A DNA stretch of 63,720 nucleotides, counting the filler, from Bonamia ostreae (Eukaryota), in NCBI GenBank assembly GCA_040357525.1. It is 51 parts of 51 records of this genome, joined end to end, with 100 filler letters (N's around TTAATTAATTAA, not from the genome) between each part and the next. Parts side by side here need not be neighbours in the genome. Positions count along the whole stretch, not along the records: positions 47,624 to 48,770 come from JBDODL010002530.1; positions 48,871 to 50,017 come from JBDODL010002531.1; positions 50,118 to 51,264 come from JBDODL010002532.1; positions 51,365 to 52,510 come from JBDODL010002533.1; positions 52,611 to 53,756 come from JBDODL010002534.1; positions 53,857 to 55,002 come from JBDODL010002535.1; positions 55,103 to 56,248 come from JBDODL010002536.1; positions 56,349 to 57,494 come from JBDODL010002537.1; 43 more parts are not named here. The stretch is one strand, 5' to 3'. The translations under genes and the position numbers were made by a program. A model generated the notes under the pieces. The model ran no database searches, was not told where the DNA came from, and worked only from the letters and a program-made list of their open reading frames with translations. Every line of letters begins with the position of its first letter. Within the stretch, counting starts at the first letter, position 1. Shown here in pieces: positions 47,624 to 59,230 of this stretch.

Positions 47624-48669
47624 ACAAAAAATTAAGAAAACATCAGATTTTGAGATTATTGGAAGCAAATTCCAAAGCAAAAAATATTTTTAAACTTATA
47701 AAAAATAAAATTTATATTTCGCACGAAGGACTTATTTTAGATTATGAAAATGCTTTGAGCTCTAAGATGAAAAATAACTTTTATAATCGATCTGCTCATT
47801 TTCTCTGGATTGGTGACAGAACTAGAAATTTGTTAAAAATTTTTCAAAAATAATTAAAATTGCTAAAAATTTGAAATGGAAAAAATGATTAAAATCGTTA
47901 AAAATTTGAAATGGAAAAAATGATTAAAATTGTTAAAAATTGTAAATTGATTAAAATTTAACAAAAATTTAAAAATGGCTAAAACGACAAAAATTTGCAA
48001 AAATGACTAAAATTTGTTAAAAATAGAAAAAGTGCGCACATCGATTATTTTAAAAATATTGAAAATCCTTTGGGAATCAAAATAGGACCTGTTTAATTGA
48101 AATAATATTTTAAAAAAAGAATCACGATTCAAATGAAATTGTCCAAATTTGCAAAATTTTAAATCCAAAAAATGTTTTCGGCAAAATTGTTTTAATAACA
48201 AGGTCTAATTTGTTATTAAAAATTAGATTTTTTATAAATTCAACGATCGAACATTAAAATTTAGTCGCAAATTCTTAAATTTTTAAAAAGGTTGTCTTCT
48301 GAAAAAGTAACAAGATTATTGCCTAATCTCGTAAGAGCGATAAAACAAAACAAATTAGAAGTGATTTGGCAATGCGACCCAATGCACGGGAACACAACAA
48401 AGTATAAAAATATAAAAACGCGATATTTGTCAAAAATTAAAGAAGAGATTTTAAAAACTGTCCAAATTTTAGCCAAATTTTCAATTTTGTTAATGGGTTT
48501 GCATTTGGAAATGACTTATGAAAACGTTTTTGAGTGTGTTAGCGAATTGGATTCTGTTGAAAAATTGGGGAGAAATTATAGATCGCTTTGCGATCCGAGG
48601 CTAAATTTTAACCAAGCTAAACAAATTGTGTCGTTTTACGGCGATGCTGTAAATAAATATTTTAAATAA
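47624..48669 (+). CDS. Class II DAHP synthase (shikimate pathway, first step), 5'-partial; introns 47832-48026, 48091-48119, 48203-48290
   Basis: SHEGLILDYE..SAHFLWIGDRTR..NPLGIKIGP..WQCDPMHGNT..GLHLEMT..YRSLCDPRLN are AroA-II signatures. Confidence 0.95.
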
Positions 48670-48870
48670 TTTTCTTTATTAGAATTTTAAAAAATTATTG
48701 CAATTTTATCGCTTTACAAAATCAAATAAAAATTGCAAAAATTGTTGTTTAATCGCTTTACAAAATCAAANNNNNNNNNNNNNNNNNNNNNNNNNNNNNN
48801 NNNNNNNNNNNNNNTTAATTAATTAANNNNNNNNNNNNNNNNNNNNNNNNNNNNNNNNNNNNNNNNNNNN

Positions 48871-49945
48871 TTTATTTGTTTATTAGTTTAGTTGTCTGTC
48901 TGTTTAGGTGTCTGTCTTATTAATTGTATGTCTGTTTAGTTGTCTGTTTAATTGTCTGTCTGTTTTGTTGTTTGTTTGTTTAGTTGTCTATAAGTTTAGT
49001 TGTCTATCTTTTTCTTTAATTGTCTATCTCTTTAATCGTCTGTCTATTTAGTTGTTTATTTGTTTAGTTGTCTGTCTGTTTATGTGTATGTCTGTTTAGT
49101 TGTCTGTCTGTTTAGTTGTTTATGTGTTTAATTGTCTATCTGTTAAGTTGTCCATTTCTTTAGCTATTTAGTTGTCTATTTGTTTTGCAGTCTGTCGGTT
49201 TAGTTGTCAGTCTGTTTAGTTGTCTGTCTGATTACTTTTCTGCCTGTTTAGTTGTCTGTCTGTTAAGTTGTGTGTCTGTTTAATTGTCTGTCTTTTTAGT
49301 TGTCTATTTGTTTAGTTGTTTGTACGTTTAGTTGTCTATTTGTTTAGTTGTCTGTCTGTTTAGTTGTCTCTTTGTTCAGTTGTCTATCTGTTTAGCTGTC
49401 TGTCTGTTTAGTTTCTCTTTATTTAGGTGTTTGTCTGTTTAGTTGTTTATTTCTTTAGTTGTCTGTCTGTTTAGTTGTCTGTTTGATTAATTGTTTGTCT
49501 GTTTAGTTTCTTGTTTGTTTAGTTGTCTGATTGTTTAGTTGTGTTTTGTTTAGTTGTATGTCTTTTTAGTTGTCTATTTTTTAATTGTTTGTACATTTAG
49601 TTGTCAATTTGTTTAGTTTCTCTTTATTTAGTTATCTGTATGTTTAGTTGTCTATTTGTTTAGTTGTCTGTCTGTTTAGTTGTCTGTCTGTTTATCTGTC
49701 TGTCTGTTTACTTTTCTGTTTGTTTAGGTTTCTGTCTGTTTAGTTATATGCGTGTTTATGTGTCTGTCTGTTTAGTTGTATATCTGTTTAGTTGTTTATC
49801 TGTTTAGTTGTCTTTCTGTTTAGATATCTGTCTGTTTAGTTGTTTGTCTGTTTAGCTGTCCGTGTGTAAAATTTTCTGTTTGTTCAAATGTCTATTTGGC
49901 TAGTTATTTGTCAATTTAGTAGTCGGTTTAGCTGTCTCTCTGTTT
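48871..49945. repeat. Degenerate 18-nt satellite (GTTTAGTTGTCTGTCTGT-like unit, phase arbitrary)
   Basis: Dozens of imperfect tandem units. Confidence 0.95.
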
Positions 49946-50117
49946 AGATGTTGATATATAATTAAAGCGCTTGGTTTTGTTTGATAGAAAAACTAGCAAG
50001 TAAATCAGCATTCAGTGNNNNNNNNNNNNNNNNNNNNNNNNNNNNNNNNNNNNNNNNNNNNTTAATTAATTAANNNNNNNNNNNNNNNNNNNNNNNNNNN
50101 NNNNNNNNNNNNNNNNN

Positions 50118-50793
50118 AATTTTCCCCCTGTTCCAGAGCTTTGCGAATTGATAATATACCAGATGGTGTAAAACAATTTATCTCAAACAATGCTCGCACT
50201 TTCCTTTTCTTTTTAGTCAATCTATGACTTACATTTTCTATTAGAGAATTTTTTATTTCGTTAGGAACATCATATTTTTCTAAAAATTCTTTAGGATAAC
50301 TTAATATTTTTAAAATTAACGTGTTAAGATAGTCAAGTCCGTCTATAGCGTGAGGGAAATCATCATATAACTGCCAACCAAATGACTTGTATGTTTCCTC
50401 TATGGAAAAATTGCATTTTACACAAACTTGCCTAAAAATTGAATGTACCTTTCTACTGTTTTTATATCTTTCCAAAAATCGGGACCTTTCTGTGGGAGGA
50501 ACTCGTTTTTTGCTTAAGTCAACATATCCTTTTTCTCTATCAACTCTCATAACCATAACAATTTCTTGACGATGAACCTGAACCATTTTACTAACTGTTC
50601 TCCATCGTCTTTTCGACAACTCGCTATGCATCATTAGTCCTTCTAGATTTTGATACTCAAGTAGAGATAAGTAAACACCTGTATCCTCTATTCTTGTAAC
50701 TTTAGCCATAACCAAATCATCTATTTTTGGGTATTCGTTCCTGTACATTCTAAATTCTGGCAGTTTTACGGAATTTTTTTTGTTTTTCTTCAT
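50118..50793 (-). CDS. EIF2S1: Translation initiation factor 2 alpha, 3'-partial; 21-nt intron 50300-50320
   Basis: RMYRNEYPKIDDLVM..LLEYQNLEG..SELSKRR..RVDREKGYVDLSKKRV. Confidence 0.97.
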
Positions 50794-51534
50794 TGTAATG
50801 TTAAAGTATGTTTAGGTTATATTAATATTTTAATGTATATCCATAAATTAAATTTATTAAGAATACAATATATACACATTATTAAACTTTAATCCTTCAT
50901 GTTCTGGCCTGATTAGACGGATGCAAGTAGCCACCCATCCTAAAACTCCACGAATGTCCATACTTTATTATCTATGTATCCAATACATAGATGTCAATCT
51001 GGTCTGATTTAATTACCTTTTTGATTTATACATTCAAATCAAACTTGGGTATTGTTTCAACAATTCTTTCTCTAAATCTTTTATTTATCACTGTTTAAAC
51101 AATCATTTGTCGTCTTTGCATAAACAATAGCTGGATATAACTACCGATCTTTAATTTCTATTTTTTTATTTAATTTTTGATGCGTAAATAATTTCTCTTA
51201 ATTTTCAACCCATTAATAGTCAAATTTTTATTTATTTTCATGACTTGTAGCATCCTAAAATTTTNNNNNNNNNNNNNNNNNNNNNNNNNNNNNNNNNNNN
51301 NNNNNNNNTTAATTAATTAANNNNNNNNNNNNNNNNNNNNNNNNNNNNNNNNNNNNNNNNNNNNAAAATGGAATTCGCTTTATGTGCTTAGATTGATTTA
51401 TCCTTGTATATATACAGGCACTAAAGAATATCATGGATGTTCTCCTGGTAAGAATATAACATTGTAATGTCCTGATTTTCATTTTTGCACCGGTTGCTAA
51501 ACTTCGTGGTTGCAGCATTCGCTTCATAAACAGT

Positions 51535-51725
51535 TGCACCAAACCTTAGACATAGGTACAGGTAGCGACGGTGCATTCTCCAAAGGCTTGGTATCTAGAA
51601 GTTAGAGGCAGAGTCTTTCCGATAGAATAAAGAATTATCACTGCAATAAACATAAGAGCTAAGCTTATGGTACTTGCATTACAGGTGGTGACGTCTCAAT
51701 ATCAGTACAGTGTAAGTGAAAAACC
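51535..51725 (+). mobile_element. Degenerate bivalve SINE body (host)
   Basis: CAAACCT..GACAT..GGTAG..TAGAAGT..GGTGACGTCTC..AGTGAAAAA resembles the 3' part of the SINE families in this window. Confidence 0.4.
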
Positions 51726-53066
51726 ATGTAAGTGACACTGTGAATTATCTAGTGGGCAAAGTGCAGATAGAATTGATAATGAAATTTAGATAAATCTATA
51801 GGGAGGTAGGGAGGTAGGTCGGTAGNNNNNNNNNNTCTTGTGATTTTCTTCTTGTAATCAACACTATATAAAATGTTGCGAAAATACCATGTCCTTGATT
51901 TGTTTTCAAAACATGTAAAAAAAAATTTGGGAGGACAGATGACCAATTCAGGGGATACTTTACATTTGTTGTGCGATGCTCCTACAGAGCCAGTAACCTG
52001 GTCGTATCTACTTTCCTTGCAACCCCTGTGCAATACAGTCTGTCTTGTCATCTGGAGAATAGACTCACCACTAGATGCGTTTGCTGTTACAATCTGGATG
52101 GATTCCAAATCATAATATTTCTGACGTTCCTTGCTGGAAAATAGGACGCTTTTCTTTCTAGACGTAAAGAGACCCATTGCTGCACTGGGTTGATTCTTCC
52201 CTTAATTGTTCTCCCAGCTTCGCGTGTTTGCATCATTTTCAATGCTTTAGACGGTTGTTACTCAGAGATCAGCTGGATAGATATCAGACACCAAGGAGAC
52301 GACAATACACTTTCTACCAAGTTTGATCGATTTTCAGCCTCATGCATGAAATTAACTGTAGCTTTGATTTTTCTCTGTTCTTGCTGAGTACTTCTATCAA
52401 CTGGGCGTTGCGTTAATTCTGGTATACCTCTGGAACTGTTTTCTAACATTGATTTAGTTATGATGCATTGTCTCCTCATATGTGTCAAAGGCTCCAGTTG
52501 TTTGCTTGACNNNNNNNNNNNNNNNNNNNNNNNNNNNNNNNNNNNNNNNNNNNNTTAATTAATTAANNNNNNNNNNNNNNNNNNNNNNNNNNNNNNNNNN
52601 NNNNNNNNNNGAATGTGCGGGGTACATTACTGTATAGAGAAAGAGTCTATTATGGGTCAATTCTAAACCAGAAGTTAGTTTTGGTAAGAGAATACAAGCA
52701 CATAATACGCTATCCCTGTATATATCATTAAAAGCGGAGCATGCTGAGATGTTGAACAAAACGTAAAGCATTTATAGCAATAGGACAGATTAGAATGACA
52801 ACGAGGTGTCCTACTGAAGACTGAATATCTTGATACTATCTTGCAAAAAGAAAACAGTAGATTAGCAATAAAATATTAAACTTATATGAGACAACACAAA
52901 AACGGTAGGAATTTAAGAAGAAAACAAAATAATTTAGATAATGTTATCTCCTTCATTAAAGAAAAAAGGTAATCATCGTTTAAAGAAAGACGAGGACGAA
53001 ATCAGAATACGTGTGATTACTTTTTGGTCTGTGGTCAAGTTCAGAAAATTTTGATTCAGAAATTAC

Positions 53067-53513
53067 CTTTACACCTGCAAAAAATTTATCACTTTTTACT
53101 GATATTGGACCTGGCAAGCCTCTCGGATGGTACTTGAGCCTGACTGAACAGGAAATCTATAAAATAAAGTTTTTGTTTCGTGTAGAATAGAAATTATGCT
53201 TTTGAATACAAATATGAAACACGGAAGTAAACGATATTTTTATGTACCCTGATTCCCATTTTCAGTATCCCATTTTTTTCATTCAGATATGTGTCATTAA
53301 ATTTCCTCTCTTCCACTGCATCTGATACAAAGGCGTTGACATCATCGATGTACCAGTATATTTGATAATGAAGAGTTTGGTTTGAACTAGTTGGACGAGT
53401 TAGAAATGGAAATACGCATTTGAAGTTATTGAGCTGGCGTGGAATGAAACCATATTCTTTGGTGAATACGTGTTCGACAGTCGGCTTTGAAGCTTGCTGA
53501 GTAGGAGGAGTAT
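53067..53513 (-). CDS. Two exons (53248-53513, 53067-53156) of a VWDE-like protein (host)
   Basis: FKCVF..YQIYWYI..LKMGIR / ISCSVR..SDKFFAGVK with canonical GT-AG and a polypyrimidine-type acceptor. Confidence 0.65.
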
Positions 53514-53941
53514 CTATTAAAATTAAAACAAAATATCCTGCCTTAGCAAATATGAAAAACAAAATCTTTGTGGGTTTAAATTATCGTTATCTTTTTATGG
53601 GGTGGGTATCTAAATGCAATCACAAATTGCAATCCTCAACAAGGTCGAAAAACTGAAGCACAATAAAGAATAACATATGTTTAACCACAAATTCAAAACC
53701 TCTTAGTTTTGTTAACCTGCGAACAGACAAATGGGGAATACGTAACTACACTCAACNNNNNNNNNNNNNNNNNNNNNNNNNNNNNNNNNNNNNNNNNNNN
53801 TTAATTAATTAANNNNNNNNNNNNNNNNNNNNNNNNNNNNNNNNNNNNNNNNNNNNGTGCAAAATTATTAAAATATTTTTTGTTACAACATTCGATAATT
53901 TTGTTCAAATCGACATTTTCACAAAATTTAACAATACGAAT

Positions 53942-54984
53942 TTACTCTTCTTCCCAAGCAACGTTTCGTGGTATGAAATCGGTGTCTATTTCTTGGCAAT
54001 TTCTTATCGCGTACAACAACTTTTCCTTCAAAACATTTTTCGATGTGTATTTTGGCAAATCCAAGCTGAAAAAACAAGTGTCTATAAGAATTAGCATCGA
54101 TTATTTCAAGATTAATGACAACGGAGAAAAGAGAATAACTGTTCTCAAAACTCTCACAACAAAACAAATTTTTGAAAATTTAATGGAACAAAAACAAAAA
54201 AGCACAAATTCAATGTTACAAAAACTCAAAAAAAAAGCACAAATTCATTGTTACAAAAACAAAAAAAACAAATTCAATGTTACAAAAACTCAAAAAAAAC
54301 ACAAATTCAATGTTACAAAAACTCGAAAAAAAAAACAAATTCAATGGTAAAAAAAAAAAAAAAACAAATTCATTGTTACAAAAAAGCACAAACTCATTGT
54401 TACAACAACAAATAAAAACGCGAAGCCGGCAAACTCTCGTCAAACTGTTCTTCTCTCAAACAGACCACAAACTTCTCCTTAAATCCTTCCCGCGAAAGCG
54501 GCAAGCGACTTTGCCCCCACACGAACCGCAAGAACCTCTGTCGATCTTCTTGGCCAAACTCCTCTAGAGCCACCCAAAGCCACTTTATCTGATCACTCTC
54601 TTCTATCGACGGCGGTCGGTACCTCGTGTTCTCTCGCAAAACTCGCAAGTCGATTCGCCGATTTCCGCAAACCATTTTTTCAAGTTCTTCCGCCGAGAAG
54701 AACCGCAGAATCGACGCGGGGACGATCGTCGCTAGCCCTGCGGCGATGGCGTCTATTTGGAGACGAGATTCGTCTCGGCGCGCTTTCTGGAGCAAAATGG
54801 CGTAATGACCACATTGCGATTCCTTCACGTCAATGAGAGCTCCGTTTGGTTTCAATGGGGTTTCGGAGCCGTCTAGAAGGGTTGCAGTGAACGTGAGAGG
54901 TTGCAACGACGCAAAGTCGGAGTTGTCGCCGGCGGCGACTTTTTCGAGCGCTTTGAGACGGGCTTCGAAGCCGGAGTCGATGCT
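53942..54984 (-). CDS. HECT E3 ubiquitin ligase (HERC-like), C-terminal part; 338-nt intron 54082-54419
   Basis: [45 protein letters not shown]. Confidence 0.95.
54190..54410. repeat. Intronic ~30-nt tandem repeat (AAAAAAACACAAATTCAATGTTACAAAAACTC)
   Basis: About seven imperfect copies inside the HECT intron. Confidence 0.9.
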
Positions 54985-55102
54985 CTTTTTGTTGTTGTAA
55001 CANNNNNNNNNNNNNNNNNNNNNNNNNNNNNNNNNNNNNNNNNNNNTTAATTAATTAANNNNNNNNNNNNNNNNNNNNNNNNNNNNNNNNNNNNNNNNNN
55101 NN

Positions 55103-56129
55103 GAGAAAAATTGATCTTAAAAAACCAGAATAAAATGGATCAAAAAGAGCCTTAAAATATTTCATAACCGAATTTTCTTTCAAACCGTTCTCCATATATT
55201 CTTCCAAAAGTCCGCTTTCCAACAAAGCTTCGGAGTTGTCTGCTACAAAACCGGCCAAATATTTTTTTATTCGGGCAGAGCGATATCTGGAAGGCTGAGT
55301 AAGCCCATCTTTCATTTCATCCGATTCGTCCTCTCCTTTCACATTCGAAAGCACATGTAACTGGTATCCGAGAGCGTTAAAAAGAGTGTTCGATCGCTCA
55401 TTTCGCTCCATTCGGATTATTTCAATATTCCTGTAGACCGTTTTGTTGACTTCTGGACTCACTCCTTTCCACTCTTTTCGCAAAGAAGCGTTCCAAGAAT
55501 CTCTATCGAACCTTTCCGGTTTTGGCGATTTTGGGAATTTTTGCAGAACAGCGCGAATTCTTTCAACGACGATGTATTGGCCGGTCAAAAACAGCGGAAA
55601 CATTACTTCATTTTCCTCCAAATCGACAAACTGATTTTTTATAAAATTTGGAACATTCAATTTTACATTTTCCGTGATAGTACTTTGTACATCATTTGCA
55701 ACAAAAACGTGTGGGATGTGGTCTCTATACGCGCTTCTGTTGAATGGATCGTAATTCTTCGTCATAAATTCTTCATATTGAGTCTGATCCCACAATCTGA
55801 ACTGATTGACTGGCCATCGCAACGCAATCGAGACTTTCTCTTTCATTTCCAAAAACGTGATTCCTTTGTTCAATCCTTTCAATTGCAGCAACTCTCCTCC
55901 GTAAGGCGGGTCTTTTTTAATGGCGTCAAAAATAGAACATGATGGTTGCTTTTTAGAGTGATCTTTGCCACGAGCGTCAATGACGACCATCGTCAATTCG
56001 GCGAGATCAAGTTCCTAAAAATTTACTTAAAACTTGATAAATGTCTTTCAATGACTCGTCTTCATCGTCCTTTTCGGGGAAGTCGTTAACGATGACGGTG
56101 TGAGGATAAGATTTGTTTTTTGCCGGCAT
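55103..56129 (-). CDS. Hypothetical protein with a degenerate OTU-like segment, 3'-partial; 19-nt intron 56015-56033
   Basis: Spliced MPAKNKSYP..DIYQELDLAELTMVV..; ERSNTLFNALGYQL resembles OTU DGNCLFRALxxQL. Confidence 0.6.
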
Positions 56130-56348
56130 TTCTTTTTGTTGTTTTATTGAAAAACTTTAAAGTTTTAGTTTTTGCTTTTGAATGACGAAGATGAAAAGAA
56201 ATGATAAATCTTTATCAAATCTCATTACTTTTCATCTTTTGTCGATATNNNNNNNNNNNNNNNNNNNNNNNNNNNNNNNNNNNNNNNNNNNNTTAATTAA
56301 TTAANNNNNNNNNNNNNNNNNNNNNNNNNNNNNNNNNNNNNNNNNNNN

Positions 56349-57488
56349 TAATGGGATAGATTCTTTATTGCGCATTCCACATGGGTCACTCGTATCACAC
56401 CGCAGAAACTCATCGATTGGCACATTCGTTATTTTCCTTCTATCCACCCGTCGTGAAACACGTTTAATCCGATCATCCTCAACCCCATCTAAAACCGCAT
56501 CCTCAACTCTTTTTTCTGTAAACTCAAATTCGTTGTTATCAGAATCATCTATTATGATCGATTCGGCATCACTATTGTTGTAAAAACGTTTGTCTTCATC
56601 ACTACAGTGATTAACCCGTTTTATAAATTCGCTTAACATATTGGTCATATTGCCCATTGGTCCATCCTCGTCAGAGAAGTCCATCGATTGCTCGTCTTCG
56701 TGATAACTAAATTCCATATGGTCTACATCTTCATCATCGCAACAGCGGTTCGGCGATGGTTCGGGAGATTCACGTAAATGCTGATCACCATCGTCAATAT
56801 CGGTACCACCACCACCATTACTAAGAGAATCGTCCGATGAAGATGAACTGAGCTGTGTACGAGGCGATGATTGATCACGGTTCGGACTTTCAGGCGTTTC
56901 ACCGATCTGTGAACGAGGTGGTGTTCGGATTGGACTTTCATACGCTTCAACGAGCCGTGCGGAAGGCGATGTTCGATCAGGTCTTGAATCTTGGATCTTG
57001 GATCTTGGATCATGTCTTGGAAATTCAAACGCTTCATCCATTGTATTATTGGATTCGTCATCACTGGGATAACTATAGTAGTGTCCACCCTCATAATATC
57101 CCCAATCATTACGATCCAGCTCACGATCGTAATTGGAACCGAGGCCTTTGAGATAGATTTCCAAATCTGGGAATCTTCTGTCTTGTTTGGTATAGTCATT
57201 CGATTCATCGTCCGCAGAGCTAGCGCATCGATGTTCCGCACCTTCACGCTCTGTTGATTCACTATCGGTCGATTCATCCTCGTAGTCCGGCAATTCTTCA
57301 CCATCGTCTTCACGAGGCCCTGGGTCCAATACAGTAGGCGTATCGTCGATACCAAGATATGGTGACATAAGCGGTTTCTCACACGATATCGGTTGTAATT
57401 GCGACTGTGGTTGCGGTTCGGGTCGATATGCTAATGTAAATGGTAGCGATTCGGAATGAGATCCAAAATTAAATTCTGATCGCACCAA
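56349..57488 (-). CDS. Intronless acidic, Ser/Pro-rich disordered protein, partial; origin unknown
   Basis: ORF spans essentially the whole contig; composition differs from both the protist and host contigs. Confidence 0.6.
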
Positions 57489-57594
57489 TTTATTNNNNNN
57501 NNNNNNNNNNNNNNNNNNNNNNNNNNNNNNNNNNNNNNTTAATTAATTAANNNNNNNNNNNNNNNNNNNNNNNNNNNNNNNNNNNNNNNNNNNN

Positions 57595-58620
57595 CCGTCA
57601 AAATTTGAGAAAGACGAATTGCGATTTGAACATAAACTTTCAAAATCCGACAATATTGGAAAAGTGTTGCTGATCGAAGAAGTTTTTAAAATTTGAAAAT
57701 TTTTGTAAAATCAAATTTCCAAATTTGAAGATCTGCAAAATTGACGCAAAAATGTCCAAAACGTTCAAAAACAACAAAGAACTGCTGAAATCCGGAAACC
57801 TTGAAAAATTTTTACAAATCTTTGACGAAAAAACCGATTTTTTGGTGACCAAAAAAATTAATTCGATTTATAACGAGTTTTTATAAAAACGGCCAATTTT
57901 CGCAAATTTTAATTTTGAGTGATCAATTTTAATCCGATTTTGCGATTAAAAATAAAATTTTAAAAAGACTCAAATTTGAAACTTCCAATTTGTGGGAAAA
58001 CAGATGCGCTAACACTAAATGCCTCAAAACTTCAAAATTCCAATCGTTTTGCGATAAATGTGGAAATGCCCAAACATTACAGAAAATAAAGTCCGAACAA
58101 AAAGAAATCGGCTTAAATTTTAATTTCTCTCAAAATGAGAAAATAAAAATGATTGAAAAATCATTTGACATAATTCTGGAAATGACTCGAAAACAGAAAA
58201 GCAAAAACAAAATCCGCAGAAATGGCGGCGACATTGTATTTTTATTGCGCAACGTGTTGATAAACGCTTCCGCCAAAATCAAAGTTTTCTAAAATAAAAA
58301 TCAGAAAACGACCAAATTGGCATTCGACGAAATAATGAAAAAAATTCGAAAAGTGACCAAATTGCACGACAACTCAAATCCTTCGGTAATCAAAACATAA
58401 CTTAAATTTTGGCTAAATTTTAAAAATATCAAAAATTAAAAATTTTTATTTACAAAAAGGAACTTTTGGTTAATTTGGAAATGATTCACGCGATGAGCAG
58501 TGTAGGAGACGAAAATGTTGGAGAATTGAAGGAACAAATAAAAAGATCGCTTGCGAAAACAAGAGGATCTGTGATCGTCTTTTCTTCGATCAAAAATAAC
58601 GTCCCGCCGTTCATTTCTGT
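57595..58620 (+). CDS. Multi-exon hypothetical protein with a CxxxxC..CxxC motif; introns include 57682-57730 and 58284-58304
   Basis: GT-AG splicing restores a continuous frame; CANTKC..FCDKC is a putative zinc site. Confidence 0.55.
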
Positions 58621-58859
58621 TTTTAATTGATTTTTCTTCAAAGCTTAAAACTATCCAAAAAAAATCGATAAATTACAATAAAAACGAAAATTTCGATAAC
58701 AAAATTTTCGATAAATTACAATAAAAACAAAAATTTTGATNNNNNNNNNNNNNNNNNNNNNNNNNNNNNNNNNNNNNNNNNNNNTTAATTAATTAANNNN
58801 NNNNNNNNNNNNNNNNNNNNNNNNNNNNNNNNNNNNNNNNTGTCTGACATTCTTTGAGT

Positions 58860-59230
58860 GATTTTGTGACTTTGTTGATTCCTTGTGTGTGATTTCCCTT
58901 GAGGTATTGCTAGTGTGTGTCTTTCCGTAGGTGATTATTTGTATGTGATTATTTCATGGGTTTGTGCTAATTCTACAGTCATGAATGGTTAATGTACTAC
59001 ATCCCTGTGATCATTGCTAATGTGTGCTTCTCTTATGTTATTGGTTGCCTGTGATTTTCCTTCTGTGTTTGCTTGTGTGTGACTCCCTTTCATTTATCAT
59101 TAGCGTGTGACTTTCCTTGTGATAATCCCTGCGTAATTACTGATGTGAGATTATTCATGAGTGATTACTAATGTCTTCTTTCCCTCTAGTGTGACATCCC
59201 TCAAGTTATTGTTAGTATACGATTTTCCTT
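58860..59230. repeat. Degenerate tandem repeat (GTGTGATTTTCC-like units)
   Basis: Recurrent GTGTGA(C/T)T motifs. Confidence 0.55.

Noticed and set aside
48871-49945. Long periodic repeat as a possible CRISPR array
   Set aside because: Contiguous degenerate 18-nt units with no unique spacers and no cas genes; a eukaryotic satellite
53880-54567. Lys-rich plus-strand ORFs
   Set aside because: Antisense to the HECT gene and produced by its A-rich intronic repeat
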